Below are positions 9,712 to 20,949 of a stretch of DNA of 64,000 nt, piece by piece. The stretch comes from Amphiscolops sp. MND2022. Taxonomy: Eukaryota. The stretch spans positions 31,312,001-31,376,000 of the forward strand of contig OZ076409.1 of NCBI GenBank assembly GCA_964187785.1, written 5' to 3'. The notes under the pieces are model-generated. The model was not told where the DNA came from, made no database searches, and saw only the letters and a list, made by a program, of their open reading frames with translations. How positions within the stretch are numbered: the stretch's first letter is position 1; each line of letters starts with the position of its first letter. A program made the translations under genes and the position numbers.

Positions 9712-10873
9712 CTGGTTTAACTAAAATCACGAATTTACGAAACAAATCACAACTCAATGTCTTAAACACAAGTTACACAAATGGTCGAAGAGACTGAGTT
9801 AGGCCAGGCATGTGTTGATGCCTCGTTTCCACACCTTCTCAGAATCCTCAAACATTCATATGACTGTTTTTAAGGAACCTTGAGGAGGAAATATCATGAA
9901 AAAGAATCATTTGTTATTACGAAATTAACTTCTAACTTTGATGAAAAAACCGGAATAATTTTTTCCATGTCTGATATTGCTTAAACCGAATCAGCAAAAT
10001 GAATTTATATTTCAATAACTGATCATAAAAGAATATTTGGTCATTGGTCAACAAAGAAATGATTAACTGCTCATCACTGGAAGCAAGTAGGTAGAAAGGC
10101 ACCTCGGAAAGAAAACTTATGTGAACTAACTTTGATCAAGGTGAACGTTTTCATCGCTAAACGCTTTATTTCCGTACTGTAAAGACTATGGTGTGTCATA
10201 CTCTGTATTTCAAAATGAAAATTTGAAGTATTTGTAATTATAAGTTAGAATGATAAAACAAAGGAATTGAAAGTGCAATAAAAAGAAAGAAGAGTTAAAC
10301 AGAGGTTCAATGAGTTGTGGAAGTATTCGATGATGGAGACCTGGCACTGGGATTGATCATCATCACCATCATCGTCATAATTGCCATCATCATCATGATA
10401 TTACTACTGCTAAAAAGATTAGAGCGCTGAAATGTTCCGAGTCGTCGCTAATTGTAAACTCGGCACAATGATCTTCTCCAGTACATGTCTACTCTCCATC
10501 GGGTTGAAAACTGATACTCAGCGACGATAACCATTTTCATCTTTCCAGGGTCGGCGCTTTTGTTTATTTCAATTTTTTCGCAAGTACATCCAAACTAATC
10601 ATTTTTCTTCCTTAAAGTACAATGGACAAACATATAATCTGAAATAAATTTAACGAAATGCAATATTGTAGAAACGGTAATTAATTGCGTTAGGTGACAA
10701 AAACAGAACTGCTATTTTGACAGTCAGGGGTTTGCCTATTGCAATAATTTTCGCTATTCGCTCGCTGTTTTCAAGATGCTGCTTTCGAAGTCGTTCATCG
10801 CCGAAAAAGCTACCCAAGTCCAATGTCATCAGTGGTCCCAATAATTATTAATAATAATAATAATAATAACAAA

Positions 10874-10950
10874 GATAGTAATAATTTATCGAAGAGTGTT
10901 TGGAGATCATGGTAATGATCTCCAAACACTCTTCGATAAATTCTTACTAT
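10874..10950. repeat. Long near-perfect palindrome (hairpin)
   Basis: GATAGTAATAATTTATCGAAGAGTGTTTGGAGATCAT-GGTA-ATGATCTCCAAACACTCTTCGATAAATTCTTACTATC. Confidence 0.9.
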
Positions 10951-11383
10951 CTCTATTACTACTATGGAGTTATCACAATCCAAATATTATTGGATAATGG
11001 TACGATATATTGTAGTTACAGACTGTTCTTCGCACAAACGATACCCCTTTATTGTGAAGGTAAAAATTTCACTTTCACGACAAAACGTATGCTTACGACT
11101 GGAAAAGTATTCTTTCTGGCTTTTAACATCGAACTTTTGCGAAAATCGGACGAAGACCGCCAGTAGTTGCAACGTATTATCGAATTTTTTTATTCATCGA
11201 ATTTTTGGTCTCACTACACTGGAATGAAGTTTGTTAATTATATTGTGTGTCTAACTTAGCATTACTGTTGGTTTTGATGGCGAAATATATTCAGTGGCGG
11301 TATACAGTCCTAAGGTGAAAGTTTTTTGGCGATATACAGCTTTCTGGCGGTATACAAAACAGGTAAAACGCCAAAGATAAGTG

Positions 11384-11413
11384 TACTACTACTACTACTA
11401 CTACTACTACTAC
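11384..11413. repeat. (ACT)n microsatellite, ~10 units
   Basis: Perfect run on the same strand as the 3238-3361 tract; both tracts are followed by ACATC. Confidence 0.98.
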
Positions 11414-11873
11414 ATCGCAATGACAAAACAAAGCAAAATCCGTTGGCAGCATGACATTTCAAAGCGTCCTCATTGGCCGCAGTGACAACATAAAATGCCT
11501 TTACTACCCGGTAGTAACGTTTAAGTTGTCATTGTCTTGTTACTACCGCACTTGATATTGAAGACATTTTAAAGAATTTCTACATAAACATGTGCATTTC
11601 ACGCCAGATGACAAAAGGGTTCCCAGATATATTCTCGTTCAACCTGTATTAACTCTAAATGGACCATTGGTACGATTTCGTGCCTCTTAGTTTCTGCTAA
11701 CTTTCAAACGCACCAGCTGACCGTATGTTGAAGAAAACTCTTGAATTAGGCTTTCAGGCATTATTACCCATATTACAAAGCATTACACGCCTTTTTACGT
11801 AATAATGACATGATGTCTCCAAAATCCGGAGCCAGTGTGAAAATAGTTTAGACACTGCGATTTAAGTCCTAAA

Positions 11874-12770
11874 TTTTGTTTGATCCGGAGTTTAAAAACA
11901 TGTATTTCATATTGTTTTGATTGAGTTTCATGTCGAAAATAGTACCTAATTTTTCGAACTGTTTTAGCATATCCTCAAAATCGGTCCAGAATTGCTACTG
12001 ACACCGTAGGGGGGACATAGTGAGTGTATCTGAGGCAAAAAAACTATAGTGGATTAGTTTTGTTTGATCCGGAATATAAAAACCTGTATTTCACATTGTT
12101 TTGATTAAGTTTCATATCAAAAATATTACCTACATTTTCGATTTTTTTTCTTACATATGATCAAAACAGGTCCAGAATTGCTAATGATACCCTTGGGGGA
12201 CCTAGAGCGTGTATCTAAGGCATCAAAATTATAGTGGATTAGTTTTGTTTGATCCGGAATTTAAAAACATGTATTTCACAATGTTTTGACTGAGTTTCAT
12301 GTCGAAATAAGTACGTATTTTTTCGATTTTCTTACATATCCTCAAAATCGTTCTGGAATTGCTACTGACACCCTTGGGGGGACATTAAGAGTGTATCTAA
12401 GGCATCAAAACCACAGTGGATTAGTTTTGTTTGATCCGAAATTTAAAAACATGTATTTCACATTGTTTTGATTGAGTTTCATGTCGAAAATAGTACCTAA
12501 TTTTTCGAATTTTTTTACAAATCCTCAAAATCGGTCCAGAATTGGTACTGACACCCTTGGGGGGACATAATGAGTGTATCTAAGGCATAAAAACTATAGT
12601 GGAATAACTTTGTTTCATCCGGAATTTAAAAGCATGTATTTCACATAGTTTTGATTGAGTTTCATGTCGAAAATTTTACCTACATTTTCGATGTTTTGCA
12701 TATGATCAAAACAGGTCCAGAATTGCTACTGATACCCTTGGGGGAAAATAGGAAGTGTATCTAAGCCACA
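11874..12770. repeat. ~183-bp satellite, ~5 copies
   Basis: TTTTGTTTGATCCGGA..TAAAAACATGTATTTCAC recurs at ~11874, 12058, 12244, 12425 and 12609. Confidence 0.92.
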
Positions 12771-12839
12771 AAAAGTTTTGATTTGAGAAAATACAAGTGT
12801 TTACAATTTCTAACGTTGATTGCTCTCTCGTGTTTTTTT

Positions 12840-14500
12840 TTACTTTGGAGAAAATATGTAACTTTGAAACTTCAAAAAACTCTCCCAACAAACCCACTCG
12901 GAAATTTACCTTCAAAATTTGCACAGGATGTCTTAGTACCCTCAAAAACAGACGTTTGGTTTTAGATTTGAGAGAATACAAGTGTATGTAGAGAATTCAA
13001 CAAAAATATTTCAAAAAAAAATTCAGAGAAAATGAAGCTTTTATGTTATTTTCGAACGAACATCAAATAAAACTATTAAATCAAATTTACCAGGTTCTTA
13101 TTTACCTGGGGGTTCTTATTTTCAGGTACTGCATGCATTGGCGAATGTATTGGTACCTACCCTCTATCTGTATTTTTTTGTTTGAAGAGAATTTAACAAA
13201 AAAAATTCGAAAAAGATTCAGAAAAAGGACATTTCAATGTTATTTTTGAAAAAACATCAAAAAAACTATTGAAACAAAATTCCCAGGTTAGGGTGTTCTG
13301 ATTGCCAGGTACTGCATTCAATGACGAAAGAAGTGGTACCTACCCACCACCTGTATCTTTTTTGTATGTAGAGAATTTAACGAAAATTTCGAAAAAAGAT
13401 TCAGAAAAATGACATTTCAATGTGTTTTTAAAAAAAAACATCTAAAAAGCTACCAAAACAAAATTCCCTGGTTAAGGAGTTCTTACTTCCAGGTACTGCA
13501 TTCAATGACAAATTGAATGGTACCTACCCCTCAACTGTATCTTTCTTGTATGTAGAGAATTTAACAAAAAAAAATCAAAAAATGGTTCTGCTCGTACTAA
13601 GATTCCTAGGACTCCCATGCATGGCGATGCCTGGACCACCCATGGGCCATCCATGGGTAAAGTTTGGATCCAAAAAAGCTGGAGAAGATCGAAAAAAATG
13701 GAACAAAAACTGACTTGTCTGAAAAATTCGAATTGCGCCGGAAGCTTGGGTGATTTTCTATAATCGTGTCTCTATAATCTTTGGTCGTTTTACCTGAACA
13801 ACCCGGATATCATTAAGATTTTTGAGCTCTCAAAATGTCAAATATTTGTCAGCAAACATTTCAAAACAACTTCTTACGGTGAATTTTAGCTTGTCATTCA
13901 TTCACAGTACTAAGTGAACCAAAAAAACGGAACGTACAAAAATTTTTGAGTTCTCAAAGTTCCAAATATTTGTGAACATTTTAAAAATTTCAAAAAACTC
14001 TCCCAACAAAACTACTCGGAGGATTACATTCAAAATTTGCATAGGATGTTTTACTAACATCAAAAACAAACGTTTGGTTTTTGATTTGAGAGAATACAAG
14101 TGTATGTAGAGAATTTAAGAAAATTATTTTAAAAAAAAATTCAGAAAATAGGATTTCTTAATGTTATTTCTGAAAGAACATCAAATAAAGATTTTAAAAC
14201 AAAATTCCCAGCTAAGGATTCTCCCTCCCAGGTATTGTTTTCAATGACAATTCGAATGGTACCTGCCCCCCATCTGTATCTTTTTTGTATGTAGAGAATA
14301 TAACAAAAAATTCCAAAAAAGACTCCGAAAAAAGGTCAATTCAATGTTATTTTTCAAAAAAAGATCCTAAAAACTTTTAAAACAACTTTCCCAGGTTGGG
14401 GGTTCTTGTTTCCGCGTACGGCATTCAATGACGAATAGAATGGTACCTACCCTCTATCTGTATCTCTTTTGTATGTAAAGAATTTAACAAAAGAATCTAA
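12840..14500. repeat. Degenerate ~185-190-bp repeat array with internal duplication
   Basis: Recurrent TGTATGTAGAGAATTTAAC..CCAGGT..TGCATTCAATGAC..TGGTACCTACCC units; the block at ~12860-13010 is repeated at ~13985-14140. Confidence 0.8.
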
Positions 14501-14614
14501 AAAAAATTGATGGAATGATATAATATTTATGATATAATGGATCGAGTCATCCATTTCCACACCCCAAATTTTAATATAATAGTATACTATAGTATTTTAG
14601 ATATAGTATAATAT

Positions 14615-16030
14615 TGAATTTGCACCATTTGCACCATTCCCAGTACTTTCATTGCGTTAAAACCGATAGTGTGCATAAAACGCGTTTTTAGCGCGAAATA
14701 CCGCGTTTTAGCGCATCTAACGTCGTTTTTGCTGAAAAACGCGTTTAAACGCAGGGAAACGCTTGTTTTAGCGTTAGTTAGCCTAGTTCTGCATAATTCA
14801 ATGCATTTGCACTATTCACAGCGCTTTCATTGCGTTAAAATCGATAGTGTGCATAAAACGCGTTTTTAGCGCGAAAAATTGCGTTTTAGCGCATCTAACG
14901 TCGTTTTTGCTGAAAAACGCGTTTAACCGCAGGAAAATGCTTGTTTTAGCGTTAGTTACCCTAGTTCTGCATAATTCAAGGCATTTGCACCATTCCCAGT
15001 GCTTTCATTGCGTTAAAATTGATAGTGTGCAAAAAACGCGTTTCTAGCGCGAAATAACGCGTTTAGCGCATCTAACGTCGTTTTTGCTGAAAAACGCGTT
15101 TAAACGCAGGGAAATGCTTGTTTTAGCGTTAATTAGCCTAGTTTTGCCTAATTCAATGCATTTGCACCATTCCCAGTGCTTTCATTGCATTAAAACCGAT
15201 AGTGTGCATAAAACACGTTTTTAGCGCGAAATAACGCGTTTTAGCGCAACTAACGTTGTTTTTGCTGAAAAAGGCGTTTAAATGCAGGGAAACGCTTGTT
15301 TTAGCGTTAGTTAGCCTAGTTTTGCATAATTCAATGCATTTGCACCATTCCCAGTGCTTTCATTGCGTTAAAACCGATAGTGTGCATAAAACGCATTTTT
15401 AGCGCGAAATAACGCGTTTTAGCGCATCTAACATCGTTTTTGCTGAAAAACGCGTTTAAACGCAGGGAAACGCTTGTTTTAGCGTTAGTTAGCCTAGTTC
15501 TGCATAATTCAATGCATTTGCACCATTCCCAGTGCTTTCATTGCGTTAAAACCGATAGTGTGCATAAAACGCGTTTTCAGCGCGAAATAACGCGTTTTAG
15601 CGCATCTAACGTCGTTTTTGATGAAAAACGCGTTTAAACGCAGGAAAATGCTTGTTTTAGCGTTAGTTAGCCTGGTTTTGCGTTATTTAATGCATTTGCA
15701 CCATTCCCAGTGCTTTCATTGCGTTAAAACCGATTGTGTGCATAAAACGTGTTTTTAGCGCGAATTAACGCGTTTTAGCGCATCTAACGTCGTCTTTGCT
15801 GCAAAACGCGTTTAAACGCAGGGAAACGCTTGTTTTAGCGTTAGTTACCCTAGTTCTGCATAATTCAATGCATTTGCACTATTCCTAGTGCTTTCATTGC
15901 GTTAAAACTGATAGTGTGCATAAAACGCGTTTTCAGCGCGAAATAACGCGTTTTAGCGCATCTAACGTCGTTTTTGCTAAAAAACGCGTTTAAACGCAGC
16001 GAAACGCTTGTTTTGGCGTTAGTTAGCCTG
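14615..16030. repeat. 178-bp satellite, ~8 copies
   Basis: Period 178 (14669 to 14847); ACGCGTTT-rich units. Confidence 0.97.
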
Positions 16031-19000
16031 GTGCATGAATTGTGCAATGCTGCTAATAAGTGATCGTCCAGAAATGAGTACATATTCTAAAGCATGAAAC
16101 ACGTTTAAACATTTGTTGTCATCAACCCACCAATAGCCAATCCTGTGAGGACGTGCATCCGTCTTGGATGTGAGAAACATAGCCAAATCTAGCCCTAAAA
16201 TGGCCAAAAAACAGTCGTTTTTCGACTTTTTTTGATTTTCTCAAAAACTGTTCATACGATTCGAACAAAACCTTCTACAGTCTTTCTACACCATGTTAAG
16301 GTCCTTGATGTGCAATTTCATTACATTTGTATGACTGGACTGTGAGAAACATAGCCAAAATTAACCCAAAACGGCCAAAAGACAGCTCTTTTTCGACTTT
16401 TTCTGATTTTCTTAAAAACTGTCCATACGATTCGAATACAATTTGGTACAGTCCGTCTACACTATATTATGAGCCTTTGTGTGTAATTTTATCAAATTCG
16501 TGCTGCTGGGATGTGAGAAACAGCCAAATGTAACCCAAAAAGAGCCAAAAAACAGTCGTTTTCGACTTTTTTTGATTTTTAGAAAACGGAAAATTTTTTC
16601 GACGACTTATCCAATCGTCTTTTTTTTCTCCCGGCCTTTTCATGAAAATTTCAAATTTCTCAAAAAGTGTACATAAGATTCTCACAAAACTCTGCACAGT
16701 CATTCTACACCCAAGGGGGCCCGTACGTGCTCAAAGCCATCAAAATCGTATGACTGGAATGTGAGAAAAATAGCCAAAATTAGCCCAAAACAGCTGTTTT
16801 TGGACTTTATTCGAATTTCTCAAAAACTGCCCATACGATCCAAACGAAATTCTTTACAGTCATGTACAGTCATTCTACACTATATTAGAGTCCCATATGT
16901 GCAATGGCATCAAAATCGCATGGCTGGGATGCGAGAAATAGTCAAAATTACTCCCAAAACTGGTCAAAAAAGACAGCGATTTTTGTACTTCAAAGTTCGC
17001 CCAAATTTTCAAAGATACAGTCAAAATGGGTAAATTCTGTCCGAATTTGGGCCAATGGGACCATTTGGTTCTTTTGCCGCTGTTTCAGTGTTCCAGCATT
17101 CCCCGTTGAAAAATGACTAGACTTGAGATATTCAGAAAAAACTTTTTATATTCCAATTTTTTTCCAACTTCAAGTCTCCCACAAAAGTTAAGAAACTTTC
17201 ACAAAACTAGGATTAGAAGTGGATGCATGTGGGAAGTTCTCGAATAGTCGAGAAAAATGCTCTCCAGATGGTTTCTGTATCTTAACCTGACGTTGACTTA
17301 TGATGTTTTGAGTGTGAGCTGAATAAGGGGTTAAAATGCCACAATTGAAAATGGGAATGTAAGTCTCATCCAAAACGCATCGGAAGACGTTCAATTAACC
17401 CCAAAGCTGTTCAATTGACGTTGTTTAGCGCACCAAAACCATGCAAAGTTTTTTTCACTCATTTTGAAAAGTATTGAAAGCTGTATTATTTATCAGTTAA
17501 CAAGAAATACCCAAGTACATTCTCATCGCCATCCTCGGGGAGATGAGAAGGTACTCTTCAAAAGCCAAACGATACTACTTTCGCAAACTCTAAAACATCG
17601 AATGTCACGGCCGACACGGAGGAAAACATAAAATAGTTTCCAGTACCTACATGACTTTTTGATGTACCATCTGGAAGAAACAGGTGCATGAATTGCAATG
17701 CTGCTAATAAGTGATCGTCCAGAACTGAGAACATATTCTAAAACATGAAACACGTTTAAACATTTGTTGTCATCAACCCACCCAATAGCCAATCCTGTGA
17801 GGACGTGCATCCGTCTTGGATGTGAGAAACATAGCCAAATCTAGCCCTAAAATGGCCAAAAAAGAGTCGTTTTTCGACTTTTTTTGATTTTCTCAAAAAC
17901 TGTTCATACGATTCGAACAAAACCTTCTACAGTCTTTCTACACCATGTTATGGTCCTTGATGTGCAATTTCATTACATTTGTATGACTGTACTGTGAGAA
18001 ACATAGCCAAAATTAACCCAAAACGGCCAAAAGACAGCTCTTTTTCGACTTTTTCTGATTTTCTCAAAAACTGTCCATACGATTCGAACACAATTTTGTA
18101 CAGTCCTTCTACACTATATTATGGTCCTTTGTGTGTAATTTTATCAAATTCGTGTTGCTGGGATGTGAGAAACAGCCAAATGTAACCAAAAAATAGCCAA
18201 AAAATAGCCATTTTTCAACTTTTTTCGATTTTCTCAAAAACTGTCCGAACGATTCGAACGAAACTTTCTACAGTCATTCTACAGCATATTATGGTCCTTG
18301 ATGTGCAATTTCATTAAATTCGTATGACTGGAATGTGAGAAACATAACCCAAAAACGGCCAAAAGACAGCCCTTCTTCGACTTTTTTTGATTTTCTGAAA
18401 AACTGTCCATACGATTCGAACGCAATTTTGTACAGTCCTTCTATACTATATTATGAGCCTTTGTGTGTAATTTTATCAAATTCGTGCTGCTGGGATGTGA
18501 GAAACAGCCAAATGTAACCCAAAAATAGCCAAAAACAGTCGTTTTCGACTTTTTTTGATTTTTATAAGTCGGAAAAATTTTTCGACGACTTATCCAATCG
18601 TCTTTTTTTTCTCCCGGCCTTTCATTAAAATTTCAAATTTCTCAAAAACTGTACATAAGATTCTCACAAAATTCTGCACAGTCGTTCTACACCCAAGGGG
18701 GCCCGTACGTGCTCAAAGCCATCAAAATCGTATGACTGGAATGTGAGAAACATAGCCAAAATTAGCCCAAAACAGCTGTTTTTGGACTTTATTCGAATTT
18801 CTCAAAAACTGCCCATACGATCCAAACGAAATTCTGTAATGTCATGTACAGTCATTCTACACTATATTAGAATCCTATATGTGCAATGGCATCAAAATCG
18901 CATGGCTGGGATGCGAGAAATAGTCAAAATTATCCCAAAACTGGTCAAAAAAGACAGCGATTTTTGTACTTCAAAGTTCGCCCAAATTTTCAAAGATACA

Positions 19001-20810
19001 GTCAAAATGGGTAAATTCTGCCCAAATTCGGGCCAATGAGACCATTTGGTTCTTTTGCCGCTGTTTCAGTGTTCCAGCATTCCCCGTTGAAAAATGACTA
19101 GACTTCAGATATTCAAAAAAACTTTTTGTTTTCCAATTTTTTTCCAACTTCAAGACTCCCACAAAAGTTAAGAAACTTTCACAAAACTAGGATTAGAAGT
19201 GGATGCATGTGGGAAGTTCTCGAATAGTCGAGAAAAATGCGCTCCAGATGGTTTCTGTATCTTAACCTGACGTTGACTTATGATGTTTTGAGTGTGAGCT
19301 GAATAAGGGGTTAAAATGCCACAATTGAAAATGGGAATGTCAGTCTCATCCAAACCTCATCGGAAGACGTTCAATTAACCCCAAAGCTGTTCAATTGACG
19401 TTGTTTAGCGCACCAAAACCATGCAAAGTTTTTTCACTCATTTTGAAAAGTATTGAAAGCTGTATTATTTATCAGTTAACAAAAAATACCCAAGTACATT
19501 CTCATCGCCACCCTCGGGGGAGATGAGAAGGTACTCTTCAAAAGCCAAACGATACTACTTTCGCAAACTCAAAAACATCGAATGTCACGGCCGACACGGA
19601 GAAAAACATAAAATAGTTTCCAGTACCTACATGACTTTTTGATGTACCATCTGTAAGAAACAGGTGCATGAATTGCAATGCTGCTAATAAGTGATCGTCC
19701 GGAACTGAGAACATATTCTAAAGCCAGGAACACGTTTAGACAAAACATCGAATGTCACGGCCGACACGGAGAAAAACATAAAATAGTTTCCAGTACCTAC
19801 ATGACTTTTTGATGTACCATCTGTAAGAAACAGGTGCATGAATTGCAATGCTGCTAATAAGTGATCGTCCGAAACTGAGAACATATTCTAAAGCCAGGAA
19901 CACGTTTAGACATTTGTTTTCATCAACCCATCCACTAGCCAATCCTGTGAGGACGTGCATCCGTCTTGGATGTGAGAAACATAGCCAAAATTAACCCAAA
20001 AACGGCCAAAAGACAGCCCTTTTTCAACTTTTTTTGATTTTCTCAAAAACTGTCAATACGATTCGAACACAATTTTGTACAGTCCTTCTACACTATATTA
20101 TAGTCCTTTGTGTGTAATTTTATCAAATTCGTGTTGCTGCGATGTGAGAAACAGCCAAATGTAACCCAAAAATAGCCATTTTTCGACTTTTTTTCGATTT
20201 TCTCGAAAACTGTCCAAACGATTCGAACGAAACTTTCTACAGTCATTCTACAGCATATTATGGTCCTTGATGTGCAATTTAATTAAATTCGTATGACTGG
20301 AATGTGAGAAACATAGCCAAAAGTAACCCAAAAACGGCCAAAAGACAGCCCTTCTTCGACTTTTTTTAATTTTCTGAAAAACTGTCCATACGATTCAAAC
20401 GCAATTTTGTACAGTCCTTCTACACTATATTATGAGCCTTTGTGTGTAATTTCATTAAATTCGTATGACTGGGATGTGAGAAACATAGCCAAAATTAACC
20501 CAAAAACGGCCAAAAGACAGCCCTTTTTCGACTTTTTTTGATTTTCTCAAAAACTGACCATACGATTCAAACGCAATTTTGTACAGTCCTTCTACACTAT
20601 ACTTTGGTCCTTTGTGTGAAATTTTATCACATTCGTGTTGCTGGGATGTGAAAAACAGCCAAATGTAACCCAAAGAAGCCAAAAAACAGCCATTTTTGAC
20701 TTTTTTTGATTTTTGCAAAAACTGTCCATACGATTCGAACGAATTTTTTCTGCAGTCATTTTCTACACCATAGTATGGTCTATGTGTGCAATTTCAATAA
20801 ATTCGTATAA
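16031..20810. repeat. Higher-order repeat: ~1.65-2.0-kb blocks built partly from ~160-180-bp subunits
   Basis: 16031-17700 is repeated at ~17684-19680, followed by partial copies; the subunit marker GATGTGAGAAACATAGCC recurs many times. Confidence 0.9.
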
Positions 20811-20949
20811 CCGGTGGACGTTGGAGACATGACGCGACTTCAAGACATGAATATCATCATCCGAACATGTTGATGCCCTAGTCGCGACAAAATCTGTACC
20901 GTACAGATTTTGTCGCGAATGTCATTTGTGACCCAATGAGTATCGGAAC

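Larger units (their letters stand above)
3362..11383 (-). mobile_element. Putative Crypton-like tyrosine-recombinase DNA transposon inserted in an (ACT)n microsatellite
   Basis: Bounded by (ACT)n on both sides. Imperfect TIR: left TACATCTGATCGCAGGCGTTTT vs reverse complement of right end TACACTTATCTTTGGCGTTTT. A TGGC(G/A)G(A/T)ATAC-like motif is repeated near both ends. Encodes the SET-YR ORF. Confidence 0.7.

Noticed and set aside
3362..11383. DIRS/Ngaro retrotransposon interpretation of the YR element
   Set aside because: No reverse transcriptase, RNase H or gag ORF, and no split or inverted LTR structure seen.
12286..20718. Many 60-100-aa ORFs in the satellites
   Set aside because: Recurrent chance frames within tandem repeats; no protein motifs.
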